Source: Schmidtea polychroa (taxonomy: Eukaryota). From it: a DNA stretch of 64,000 nt. Under the pieces are notes generated by a model. That model saw only the letters and a list, made by a program, of their open reading frames with translations, searched no databases and had not been told where the DNA came from. The translations under genes were made by a program, and so were the position numbers. The stretch spans positions 84,258,001-84,322,000 of the forward strand of contig CM097885.1 in the NCBI GenBank assembly GCA_044892525.1. The letters are read 5' to 3'. Below, in pieces: positions 43,000 through 56,344 of the stretch (position 1 is the first letter of the stretch; every line of letters begins with the position of its first letter).

Positions 43000-45169
43000 C
43001 TATAAGTTAAATGTTATTATAACCCTTTTAAGTGCATAAATTGAATTAATAATTTTTAATAAGAAATGTTATCCTTGTCGTAATTATTAACTCTATTTAT
43101 TAGCACAAAATGTAATGGTTTATAACTGATTATTCCAAAAACTAATAATATTTTTTATTCGTTTTTCTATTCTTCATCAATAATATTCTTTATATCTTGA
43201 TTAAATTGATTTGAATTTAAGTAGTTATAGTTGGTTAAATTTTGGTTAAATTTAGTCGATAATTTTTATTTTGATTAAATTTACTTCATTAAGCCAGTGA
43301 ATCACATTTATTTCTTTCACAGGGCACTTTTAATGATCTACAAATTTTACGGCAAACCAAGTGTCAAATTAAATTGTAATGTCAATAGATGTATAAAATA
43401 TAATCGCAATTTTATAAAATAAAGTTGAAAATACATGATTTCATTTACAAATTAGAGAAAATATTACACCATTTCCATATTCAATCTGATATAGACAAAC
43501 AAAAATGTACACAGCCCGATGAATGGACACATACTTATTAGTGACATGCAATGAGAACCACGGAACAAATGAAAAATACATCCGATTATATCCACAAACA
43601 TCAACATACAACTTTTAGTTAATTGTGTTTTAGTGTATTTTCTGTATAATCACAAAATATATCCAATGAGTTTGATGTACAAATTGTTAGCTTATAGTAT
43701 ATTCAATTTGGAAATGGTGTAATTAACATATTTGTTTTTGTTATTTATTATACTTTGTATCAGTAATAAGACATTCATTCGCAAAACCATGCAAAATACT
43801 ACGAAGCTTATCGTAGTACATTAAAGTGCTTTGGCATATTAGTTGAGAATCACCCCATTAAGCATTTCTATTAGAATTAAATGTGTGTAGGTGGTGTAAA
43901 AACGCAATCCAAAATATTCTTATTATATTTTATGTGACACCGAAGATATGAAATTAATTATTTCCTGTATATAATTAGGCACGCACATCATTTTCAATGT
44001 TTGTACATAATTTGCCAGATTTAATTTTTTCTTCAAAAACACCTTTAGGTCTCAATATGAATTGAAAATTTCGAATATCATCGATAATTTGAGAGAAATT
44101 GTTAGTTTTACAAAAGAATTTATGAATTGTATTAGGTTGTATTTTAAAAATATTTTTTAAATCTTCTTTCTCTATAGCACTCAATTTAGTTAAAAGAAAA
44201 TTATTCAATTTTCCAATTAACAGATTTTAATTTACTATGTTCCATTTTAATTCTTAAAAGATCATTATGATGGGCAAATTGTTTTCTAATTGAGTAAAAT
44301 TTTAGTTGTCTCTCGCAAGGACTCAATCTAAGCATTTTTTCACTTTTCACTTGAAAGACCAATATCATAATTCAGCGCAATATTATCAAGCCTTAAGCAA
44401 TATAGTCGATAAACAATGTCTAATGTTCACATCTTTCACATAAATATAACGAACCATTACAATGATTTAATCTATCGAAATTAGTTCCAAACATGGTATA
44501 AGACTTGGAATTTATAAACGTTCTAAATGCTACAACATATATTGCAAAATATATTGCATGAATAAATCTATCGAAAAATTTCTATATCTTTATAAACATT
44601 GATTAAAACTTAGGCAGATCAAATTCATGTGCAATTTGATTTCAGTGTTTTTTTGTAATGTCATTAAAATTGAGCAAAACTTTATTTTTAGCAAAACAAA
44701 GTTTATAAAAAAAATTCTATTAATGATATATAATAATATCTATGTTGAGGTTCCTTAATACGTGAATATTATTTCAACAGTTCTGTGGGGTTTAGAAAAT
44801 TAAGAAACTTAATTCTAGTGCAATGGTTTTTGTTTTAAATATTTAAAATTTGTTATTTAAAATTTTAATATTATTTAATGTTTTGTGAAAAATTTTGAAG
44901 TATATTTAATTTTAAGTGAAAATTTATTGTATGATTTATTTATGGTCTGGTTCAATTCAAATAAAATCATGTCTGTTTCCAAACAATTATATTTTAGCAG
45001 TTTTCAATTGTCACTTAATAGCTAAGTGCGTCGTATGCTTTGTACACACTCATCCAAACTCAATTCAAACCTTATATTTATTAAAGCAGTAGTTATCATT
45101 AGATGTGTTGCTGAATTGTTTGTGAATTACATTCTTTGTTTGATTTATATTTCGTTTTATACCTTTCTA

Positions 45170-46240
45170 AAAATGGATAAATTTTTACGAGGAAAAAGCC
45201 AAAGAAGATTGTGAAAAGGAAATACAACGAAGATTACATTCAATATAGATTATCTTGTTGTGGTGACGAAACAGCTCCAAAACCACAATGCATTATATGC
45301 GGTGAACAGCTATCAAACGAGGCAATGGGACCCAGTAAACTAATTCGCCATCTAAATGCAAACAATTCAAACCATTTCATTGTCTACTGATACTGTTAAA
45401 AGACGTATTCACGATATGTCAAGCGATATTTTAGAAAAAACTGATATTGGCCGAAAATTTTACACTAGAAATTGCCGATGAGGATTTTTATTCAAGAACA
45501 TTATTTATTCTGTATGGAAATTCCAAAACGAATTATTGGTGAAGAAATTTTCAAATTAACCTTTGATTTCTTTAAAAAATACAATATTCAATGGATCAAT
45601 CGCATTGTCATTTTCACAGATGAGGCTGCAGTAATGACGGGTAGTAAAAAGATTTTGTTTCATGTCTAAAACAAAAAAAATTCCGATAATACAATTTATA
45701 CACTGCAGCATACATCGAGAATCATTAATGGTCAACATTTTTCCTGGAGAACTTTTAAATACGATGAATGAATGCATTAAAATCATCAACATAATTAGAT
45801 CAAGAACATTAAATTCGCGAATCTTTGGAATACTCGGTGCAGAAATAGGAGTCGAATATGAATCCTTATTATTTTATAATCAATTTCGTTGTCTATATCG
45901 GGGCAAGGCTTTGGTTAGTTTATTTGAGCTTCACTATAAGGTACATCAGTTTCTTTTAGATCAACATATTCTTAAACTATACCAGCACCTCCATGATTAT
46001 TACTGGATACATGGCTGATATATTTGAAAATCCCAGTGAACTTCATAAAAAAATGCAAGATCTAAATGAGAATATATTGACTTGCTCCGACAAATTACAG
46101 GGGTTCAAAAAACTCGAACTTTGGCAAAAAGAGCTGCAAAACGGAAGTTTAGAAATATAACAAAGGCAAACCATATTATTGGAAACAAACAATTAATTGT
46201 GAACCTTGCCAAACATTTAATAATGTTACAGCAGAAATTT
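45170..46240 (+). mobile_element. hAT Buster/Charlie (ZBED5/8-like) transposase remnant
   Basis: RKYNEDYI...PKPQCIICGEQLSNEAMGPSKLIRHL, STDTVKRRIHDMSSDI, HCSIHRESL, and LCSDKLQGF. Confidence 0.85.
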
Positions 46241-46800
46241 GATGACTAAATCTCGAATTCAAAGCATTCTTATAGATAAAAGAATCAGGAAAGAACGAAT
46301 CAAATATATTTTAATATTCGATAAACATCGGTTAAAATCGAATTTTCTTAAAATTTACTTCAAATGGTCTATTGCTAAATTTCTTTTAATATCGAAGTAT
46401 ACATATTTTGTGATTATTTTTCAATGATTTCATCTTAGATTGTGTAGATAATTTAATTTAAAAGAAAAACAAAAAAAAGTCGATATAATTGCTTTAAAAG
46501 TTGGAGATCAGACAAGGAAATTAAAAGAAAAATATTCCCATGCAGTCACGATGGTCTGGGAATTGTTTATTTTGCCAATAATAACTATTACAGTTTTATT
46601 ATTCATTAATTTAGACTGTTTTTTAATTATCTCTTACAAGCGTCATGAATTTATACAATCTATTATTTACTTAAAACTCGTATTATGCAATAAATTTTAC
46701 AATTGTAATGGATATTTATTGCTCTTTCAAATACATTTCTGGCTCGATGTATTTCACTTTGCGAAATTTCGGATGAAGCATATTTCATTCAATTAATAAT
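46240..46800 (-). pseudogene. Possible HAT (half-a-TPR) repeat fragment, crooked-neck-like
   Basis: The minus strand at 46790-46700 reads N*MKYASSEISQSEIHRARNVFERAI, close to the HAT consensus W.KYA..E....EI.RAR.IFERAL. Downstream frames are broken. Confidence 0.35.
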
Positions 46801-48239
46801 TTTTTATTTATCTTTTTGGTGTGCCGACATTTAAACACGCGACAGATAATCACACGATACTTAAACACATGACATTTAAACATACTTCATTTAAACATAC
46901 GGACATATAGTCACAACAAAAATACCTCAAAAAACAAAGACGTATGATTAATTTTGAAGTAATTGAATCTATTTATTTGTGTATGTGCTGTCGTTACCAT
47001 ATTTATTAATCATACACGACTTGTGGTTCTAGGGCTAAATCCGTATTTATCCATATTTAGCTTAAACTACCTACTGTATTAGTCTTTCTAGGCAATAATT
47101 GCACTATAACTTATCCACCAAACACGTGTAAACTCATTTCGCGAGATCGTAACACTGATGCTGTTTGAGGTGGGTGAAAAGAGTTTTATGTGCGATAACT
47201 CATAGCGATTCAGCGGGCTAGTATCTACCTACTATTAAATATATTCATTTCTAAATTTACTCATTCATATTATGCAATGAATTTTACAATTGATTATTTG
47301 AATTTTCATTTTTTTTTGGTACAGGTGAGATAAAGTGTGTTAACCGAAATTGGAATCAGCAAGGATTATTTTACTGATTATGATTTAGTTGGTAGAAATC
47401 AGAGTGATTTTAACGTCTAGTGACATACGTTTATCTTTATCTGTCTCATTTAATTTATTTACAAACAATTTACTTATCTAAAATATGTCACAAGAATATG
47501 ACTTAAATTTTATCTGTGTATAGAAGATTCAATTTGGAAATGGTGTATCTATTGATTTAAATATTTAAGTTTGTTGCAATTTAATTACCTTTCAATACTT
47601 ATACCGAATCACCAACCGCTAGACGGCTTCGTGCGATGTATTAAATGCCTTAACAAAGCAAATAAATATGCTACATTATTTATTTAAATATGTGAAGAAA
47701 TATTCCCGTCTTCTTTGAATTTTAACACTTACTGTGAATTACGCATAATTTTAACATAATTTTTCACATATGCATTCTTCCAAAAGTTGACTTCTCATTT
47801 GTAATAAACGACCAGATTCATAATTTTAATTATATGTAAGATTTACAAAAATATTACCGTGGTTTTTTTAGATGAGCACAATTAGCGATGGTAGACAATT
47901 AAAGAATGATTGATTATTTAACCATAAACTTAAAAACGAAAGCATCAAGCTTTCGAAAGTTCCCAATCAAATATATAAAGAACAAAAGTATGTATTGCTG
48001 ATAAATTCACTCAGTCTGGAACACCTTTTGTATCATTGTATTACATATTTATGATGTATATTCATCTGTAAATTTAAATATTTAATAGAGATGATATTTT
48101 TCTGTATATTTTGAATATTTTGGTTATAAATATATTACGGTAATACATAAATATGCGCCAATTATACTATACGTCATCTTTCAATTGTTTAGAACATAGA
48201 ATTCGACGCAAGTTTACTGGAGCTTCCAAAGAAAAAGTG

Positions 48240-49010
48240 CGGAAACTCAATGAGAAATAGAAACTGCTTTAGATTGGTAGTGGCAATTTCCCTTTGATCT
48301 ATAGACAAGGGAAATCTTATTCACTGAAGATATGTCAGTTAGTGTCGTACATTGGTGCAAGTAATTCAAAACATATACCCAAACATAAATAAAATTTTGA
48401 GAAACTATGATTGGCTATGCTAGCCATCCTGGCACCAAAAAATGATAGCGTGAGTCAAATTAACGAACAAATACAGAACCAAATACTCAGAACCACCATC
48501 ACATACAAGTCATTTGATTTTGCAGTGAACACCGATGACGCTGTTAATTATCCGTTGGAATGTTTCTTGATGTACTCCCAGGAATGTATCCAAAATGCCT
48601 TATATATTGAAGTAAAAGAAAGGGTCACCAATAATGCTTCTGCGGAATCTGGAGCCACCAATACTGTTCAATGGAACACGGTTTTGTGTTGAAAATATTT
48701 TAGCAAATGTCATCTAACTCCCGGTATTAACGAGAAAAGTTAAAGGGAGAGGACTCATTTATACCCCACATACTGTTGATATCAACCGACCTACCATTCA
48801 GCCTCAAACAAGTCCAGTTCCCAATTAAACTGGCATTTGCAATGACTATCAACAAAGCTCAATTTTAGAAAGTCCTCGCTTTTCTCATGACCAATTGTAT
48901 GTGGCATTCTCAGGAATGGGAACTTCAATAATAAAATATATTTTAATTTGTATGTTTTAACTCCGGGACGAAAACCAAAAAAATTGTGTCCAAGCAAGCA
49001 TTGCAGGAAA
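48240..49010 (+). mobile_element. Helitron PIF1-type helicase C-terminal remnant
   Basis: AILAPKNDSV..INEQIQ...VNYP.E, PP.LFNGTR, QFPIKLAFAMTINKAQ, FSH.QLYVA.S. Frameshifted. Confidence 0.88.
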
Positions 49011-50050
49011 ACCTAACAAATTAGGATAAAGTGATTTAATTTCTTAACATCTACATTGGCGGCTAAGAATTATTATTAATTTTGGTTGTCTTTTCAAACT
49101 TTACATATTTTTGTCTTGATTTTTTTAATTATCTTGAGAGGAGAAAAAGGTATCCTCAAATGCGTGAAACTATATTTCTATATATAAATATATTGATTAC
49201 TTCAAAAAGTATAAGGAATAAAAGGATAGGATTTAAAATAATAAAAAATTAGTTTTTCAAATTTTATTAAATTAGTTTCGATATTTTTAAATATGAATTC
49301 AAATTTAAATTGGCAATGAAAGTTTTCACCGATATCAGGTGAATATTTAAACAATTTTTCCAAATTCAATAAAGTTTTCAACATAAATATAAACAACAGC
49401 AATCATCATTAATGGAACCCAAATTAAATTAAATTTTTAGGTTCCATTGTTATCATCACAACAAATGGAAACCAGACGGTGCAAACTGGTCAAACCTCCA
49501 AAACATACCCCTCTCCTTGACATTTTATCAATTTGAAGCATTTATCATCATTTGTTTTACATTAATATGTTCTTATGAAATGCCAAATTGTGTTTGAGGT
49601 GAAACTTCTTCATAGATGATATTGAAAATTTACAACTGATACGAAAAGCGAAAGGTTTTGAGTGGAACGCGTTCTTCGAATGTTGAAAGATGGGGGTAAA
49701 TAATAGGTGGTGAGATACAGGATAGCTACACAGCGAGCAATATAAATTTACAGAACGACACGAAAAATGAAACGCTGTTAGTCTATGGACTGGTGCAGGA
49801 GATGACTGAGGGGCAACAAAATTCGGTAACGTCGGAGGGAGTTTTAATTTTATATTTGCATCTTTTGTGTCTATGTATTTTGATTTTATATTTCAATAAA
49901 GTTATCAACCTAAAAACTCTAAGTTTCATTTCAGTCACACAAGAGTTCCAAACGCTCTTTATGCCCAGACAAAGCCGGGTAGGGGAGCTAATAATAAATA
50001 AAGAGAAGTTCATTATAAAAATACAATATTGCGACTGTAACTGAATTATG

Positions 50051-51063
50051 GGATCAACTGCAGTATTTCCACCCATAATTAAAATAAATTATAAGTTTAA
50101 TCACTTGTATTTAACAAATCAGATTTAGAAGCAATAATAATAAGAAAAAATGCCGATGAAATTATACAGTGGTGCCTGGAACAGAATTTTCTTAGAAAAA
50201 GAATTCTTCTGCCCGGAGTGCAGTGTCTGCAAAGTATATACCTGACTGAGAGTCGATGAGATAAAAAGGATAGCAATGCCTTACAACACGTTCTAAGAAT
50301 TATAAGAAATACAGTAGTATTAGAAGTCTTTTTTGAAGGAATTAAATTAGATAAATCAAAAATACTAGGAATTAGAAGAAACAGACAGCATCTATATAGC
50401 ATTGTTAGCTCTCTTGGAATTCCAGAAAGAACGGTAATGAATTTTTTTTAAAAATTGAAGTTGAAAATCCCTCCACCAGATTTTAATGGCAACAAGTTAT
50501 ATTATAAATATATTATATATTATAAATGTAAATTATAAATGTAAGTCTCATCGTGGACGACGCGCAGAAAACAGAACCGATTCACTTTGTATTGTTGAAG
50601 TTGGAGTCTTTGCAAAGGTAATACCTGATAAAACAGCTGCAACAATAGTTCCAATAATTCTAGATCAAGTAGCGGCAAACAGTGTCATTCATATTGATGA
50701 GCATAGGTCTTATTCAAGATTGGCTACACATGGATTTCAAAATTGTACTGTTTGTCATAAGTACGAATTCATAAATCATCAAAATAATGTAAACACTCAA
50801 GCCATTGAATAATCTTTCCATAATGAAATGAAATTGGAAATAAAAAGAAAGGGTGTGAATACTGATTTAAGGACGTTGTTCTTAATTGAATTTTGTTATT
50901 ATTTTAACAATAACTCTCATTATGTCGAAGCATTAATGAATTTAATAAAAATAAATTAATTTAAGTCTAAATTATTTTATTTTTTAAATTTTACATATTT
51001 TATTTATTTATTTATTTAATTATTAAATTAATTTTATTTATTTTCCTCAACTGCAGTTGATCC
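50051..51063 (+). mobile_element. Merlin (IS1595/ISXO2-like) transposon, degenerate
   Basis: 14-bp TIR GGATCAACTGCAGT. Exact 8-bp TSD GAATTATG (50043-50050, 51064-51071). The relic reads K.HRGR...DKTAATIVPII...SVIHIDEHRSY...VCHK.EF...VNTQAIE. Confidence 0.92.
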
Positions 51064-51348
51064 GAATTATGTTCCGAATTTGAAACCAAAATGAGATTAT
51101 TAGTTTATCTACAAATTTTGAATGTCTTTCATTAGTATTAGAGGACGGTGAGTGGTGAATTCTGTGTGCATGTTGGAGACTTGTTGTGTCATTAACTTGG
51201 TCTTATTTTTTTGAAATTAAATTTATTTATTTTTTGAAGTTAAATATAGTTTTTGTTTTAAGTGGTAGAATTTTTAAAAGTAATAAAATTTTGTAGTTTC
51301 TGACTTTGTTATCCTTTTGAATTTAATTTGATTAGTGATGATATATGG

Positions 51349-51627
51349 CAGGGGTGGCCAACTTGTTTTAACTTGCTATCGACTTAAGCATTATAAAATT
51401 AAATACTGATCTACCAAGTAAAAAAAGTACGAGTAAATAAATAAAATATTAAAATAAAATAATTGATTTACAGAAAGAACTTATTAAATACATTTTATTA
51501 AATATTAAATACATTCTTATTAAATACATTTTTTTGACAAATTAAGAAATTTTAAGAAATGGCATAACTTTCAAATACTTTGAGATGGACCAAAATAACT
51601 CGGCGATAGACTTGTTGGCCATCCCTG
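51349..51627. mobile_element. hAT MITE
   Basis: TIRs CAGGGGTGGCCAAC and GTTGGCCATCCCTG. The 8-bp flanks ATATATGG/ATATACAG are a degenerate TSD. Confidence 0.75.
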
Positions 51628-52099
51628 ATATACAGGATTTTACATAATTGATAAGAACTTTTGTGTAACAGAGAACTACCCGCTGTAAAGGTTTTATGAA
51701 AAACCCATCAATTGCTAATATTTGATTGAGTTTTCTTACAAATAATATATTGATTTTTGAAAATTTTTATTATTACTAATAATTTTTTATCAATTGTATA
51801 TTTCTGGAAATCCTATTGACAAATGTTATTCTTTTTGATCAGGTTTTACATAGTAACATTTATGAATTCTCATTTTTTAACTTCCAAACATGTAATATCA
51901 AGAATTGTACATAGTGGTAAAGAGACAAATAAAATATACAATATATGTGATACAATTTTATTGGGATATTTGATTGCCATGACTATATTATGTTACCTAA
52001 ACACATATAATTAATATATATTGTAGTGTAGTGTTATATTATTTTTTTTTATTTATGATTAGAGTTTGTAGTGAGTTTTTATTTTTTGTTGTCACGTGT

Positions 52100-52870
52100 T
52101 GCGTGCGAGGATAAAATTAAAAAAACTATATAGCGATAATTTAGCAAATTATTATTATTATAGACAAAAGCATTGCCTTACAGCTTCCGATATTTAATGG
52201 AAGGGTAATGGAGTCATCCTGGATGGCGAGCAATTGTGAGAGTCTACACCGAGGACACAGGTGAACCCAGCGAAAGGAAATACTTGTACTTGAGACAGTA
52301 TTTGGAAGGGAAGCCACTGCAATTGATTGCCTATATTGGATATGGCTCACAGGTTTTTGAAGCTGCAATGAAACTATTGGATGAGAGATATGGAGATCAG
52401 GACGATCATACTCAATGATGCTAGACGCGTTGCAGAGGTTCTGTCCAGTGAGACTCAATGTATTGGAGGACCTAGGGCGGTTTAAAGAGCTACTGGGAAA
52501 TATCATCCTGAATTTCAAGGACCAAAAGAGAGAAGAGGAATTAAACAACGGAATTTGAATGGCTATTGGATGATGGATTGTGTAAGAAGATGTGGAAGCT
52601 TGGGCGAGTAGTGGAAGTCTGTCCCGGTAAACATGGACACGTCCGAGTGTTAAAAATATTTAGTAAAGGTAAAGAGTTATTGAGACCAATAACTAAGGTT
52701 TGTCCCCTAGAGTTAAATAGGGTTGTTTATCCTCTGGAAGAGATCAAGGAGGGGAGAAAAGTTTCGACCAGTCAGAGGAGGGAATGACTTCTCACTCTGG
52801 CTGGCTATGTGCGCATTGTTATTTCGTTTTTGTCGCGTCTGTTTGCGCGTCACTGTTAAACTTCTGTCAT
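52100..52870 (+). mobile_element. Internally deleted BEL/Pao retrotransposon
   Basis: Gag YLRQYLEGKPLQLI...FEAAMKLLDERYG, integrase C-terminus WKLGRVVEV.PG.HGHVRV...LLRPITKVCPLE, then PPT GAGGAGGGAA and an LTR start. Confidence 0.8.
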
Positions 52871-53292
52871 ATTGGTATGGGAACGGAACTTTAATGTTAT
52901 GGAATTTATCTGAAGAAAGACATTTATGCGCTTTAGAAATATGTGAAATTACTAACAAATTTATCTTATCATCAAACATATGCCAATTTCCGCCTAATTT
53001 TTACAAAATCATATTCGCCTCTGGAGACACTGTTTACAAGTGCATCTGTTTTTCAAACTCCATGTTTACAAGTTTGCAGATATTTTTTTCTGTGATTTAG
53101 CTAATTTTGAAGTGATGTGATTTTCAGTGTAGCAGGTAAAGTCTGCAATAGAGTTATAGAGCATAGTACTGATGAGAGCCAAAAGCTAGAAACTAGTCTA
53201 CTATTGGGATTTGCACTGGGTTTCACAAAGCTTTTAATGTTTATATAATTTTTATGTTAGACATCCGTAAAAAATATTTTACAACATTACAA

Positions 53293-53325
<33 letters not shown>

Positions 53326-53880
53326 AGTATTATCATTATTAATAATTTTTATTATTATTAATATTATTATTTTTATTAACCTTTATATGGTATTGTGGAC
53401 ATCTTTGTCAAAATTATTTTTTAAATGTAAATAACGCCTGAATACAAACTTAAGTTTGAAAAAATTTTCAATGTAAATTCTATTTTTTAAATTAATAATT
53501 TGCCGCTTAATTTATTTTATGGTGTCATACAGATTTCTAGGTATAAAAATATGCAAGTTGACCGTAATGTGGACAAAAATGTCTATAATGAAATTCCTGT
53601 TCAAACATGATTTGTTTTTACCTGTTTACAACAAACATATGATTTTTGATATGACATATGTTTGCAACAAACATGTTATTTGTTCTAAATTATTATTTTG
53701 TGGGTTTTTTTTGTGCATTTATTTGCTATTCGTCAAGTAACTTGTACTGACCTTTGCTGCGTCTAATTAGAATTTGTTATTTACACATTACATTGAAACG
53801 ATTACGAAGTTTGAGTCTAATATATAATAATATTTCTTCAAAAAAAAAATCAAAATTATGACACATCAAAATGATTAAAA

Positions 53881-54353
53881 ATGATTAGTTTGATAAAACC
53901 TCAAATGCTAAGCCGACAACATTTACCTAGAGGACTTGCCGCGAGAAATATTATTCAGGAAGCTCAAAGCAACCAAGATGATGCTGGCGGATCTTCGAAG
54001 CCTACAGCTTCGCAAAGAGGCATGTGTTCTACTTGTCCTATCAGAACGGGGAAAACCACAATAAAATGTAATAAATGTAAAAATTATGTATGCAAAAACC
54101 ATGTAAAATATATTTGTCCTGCTTGTCATAATAATTGAAAAATTAAAGAAATTTATTATGTTAAGTTCATTTTATATTATTTTGGATAAAATTTTGAATA
54201 GTTTTTGAATTTTTATTTTTGTTTGAATGTAAATAAAAAACTAATGAACTTAAAAAAATTTTTGTTTTTGATACATTTCGATACAAAAATATATGGTAGA
54301 CATTTTTGTCCTTAACGCGGTTAGCGTTGGTACAAATGAATACCATTTGAAGG
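53881..54353 (+). mobile_element. piggyBac 3' end
   Basis: Cys-rich tail RGMCSTC...TTIKCNKCKNYVCKNH...CPAC. The terminus ...CATTTGAAGG is followed by TTAA at 54354-54357. Confidence 0.7.
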
Positions 54354-54369
54354 TTAATATTATTTTTAA

Positions 54370-54447
<78 letters not shown>
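54370..54447. repeat. (ATT)n microsatellite
   Basis: A directly visible trinucleotide run that produces the spurious poly-N and poly-I ORFs. Confidence 0.95.
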
Positions 54448-56344
54448 ATGGTGAATCAATAAGGAACAATGTACAGTGTAACAAACAGATGTGTTCGAGT
54501 GGTTGAACAGAGATAGCAACCTGAGATAAAGACTCATTATTAATTTCCCCTTGTTCGAGGAAACCACCTGGAGATATAGCTTATAAATTGTTTGAAATTT
54601 CTCCATTATTGCTATTTTCAATTAGTTATCACTATTTCAGGTAAGTGCTTTTTAATTCAAATTAATATATTATTTGCAGATTTGTTTATGAATAGAAATT
54701 TAGAAAGAGGACTAATATTGAGATTTTATATTTCGAAGTTTTCTTTACATTTCCAAGGAATATTTGGAAAAATATAAAGATATTAGCCAATTATGCAAAA
54801 AAATAAACCGATACATTTATTTGACGGCAGGTTATTTACAAATTCCAAATGGCACTCTAGAGAAGATATAGAAGACATGTTGGCTGATGATATTCAAATT
54901 ACAACATTTTCAAAGAATACAATTGAATATCAACAAATGATGATTGTAAAGGAAAGAAATCAGTTATTGGATGGTTAATTTAGGTAAATGAGAACAAACA
55001 ATCGGCCCTCTTTAGGGCCACCATCATGATTGTGATTTAATTAGTAAATATTTGGTTTATTGGATTTTACTGTCTACCCTTTAGTCTACCCGTGTAATAT
55101 TTAGATGAAATGAGAATAAATAATAGATTGAATATTCGTTTATAGATAATAATAGTTTTTTGTTTTGGGTGATTGTCTACATTTCTCTAAAAGTTGATAA
55201 ATAGGAAAGAGTGAAAATACTTGATAATAAAGAAAGAAATTAACTCTTATTTAATAAGTTAATGTGGCCTAATTCAAGACTAAGCAGGATCAGGGGTGCT
55301 CACTTTTGTTTTCTACTACCGCGCAACATCAACGTCGCGAAGGGTGTGGTTTGGTAATATCGTGTTTATAGAAGGATTACCTCTGTTGAGATAGAAGCCA
55401 TGACAATAACTGATTTACAGCTTTTCATTAGAAACCAACAAAACAGGGGTAGGTCAACGGACACAACCCAATGCAAAAATAAAGTACATTCTTTTAGGAA
55501 GATAAATTGAAGATAAAATGATGTCAAAAAATTTAATTGCAATCATGCTTTAACTTCATTGTCGGGCTAAAAGAAACACCATTTACCGATTTAGTTCGAA
55601 CACCAGAAGCAAAGCAATAGATGTTGAAGAATTTCTCTAGCTGAGGTGACAAATTTCAATGTGAATATTTCAAATTAGTGAGGGAGTACATGTGTAATGG
55701 TCCACTGTAAAAATCACACTGTAGTAAGGCCTATTTTGGTCTTAGGCATTTTTAAATACGATGCAGTGAGTGTTAAATCTATCTGAACAGAAAAGCAAAA
55801 ATTTGAGAAACAAGGAATAGCAAAGCAAAAGAATTAGGCAGAGTTACACATTGACTTAAAACCCTGTAAAATTCCAATGTTTTAAGTGAGATAAAAATAT
55901 TGTAAAAAATCCCTGAAACTGAATCCAAAAAAAGCCTCACTATAGTGTGCTCCTGCTCATTCAAAAATCCTGAGATCCTAATCTATTTCAAAAATCCCTG
56001 AGACAAGAATACTTAATTATCTTCACATTGACTTAACATAGTGGCATCCTATATAAAATAGCCTAAGCATCAGATAGATTTAACGCAGTGGTCTCCTGCG
56101 ACATAAGAAAGGCTTGAGATCAAAATAGGCCAATCAGTGCTAGACCTGTCTAAACTGTGGATGTATCAACTGCAATATAATGAATTAGCAAAATATAGAT
56201 CTGAATTCCTATGTGATATAAATATCGTTGCCAGCGATACTGATTCGTTTTTTCTTGAGGTTAAGCACTGTAAGCTAGACACTCTTTTGCCGGTAATGAT
56301 ACGAGATAATCTTCTAGATACCTCTAATTATGAACCCGCACACC

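Noticed and set aside
43400-44700. Missing MLH1 5' exons or another gene
   Set aside because: No IAAGEV or DNG.G motifs in any frame I checked. The region looks like unidentifiable decayed transposon coding sequence.
54167-54621. ORFs with poly-Asn and poly-Ile tracts
   Set aside because: Artefacts of the (ATT)n microsatellite.
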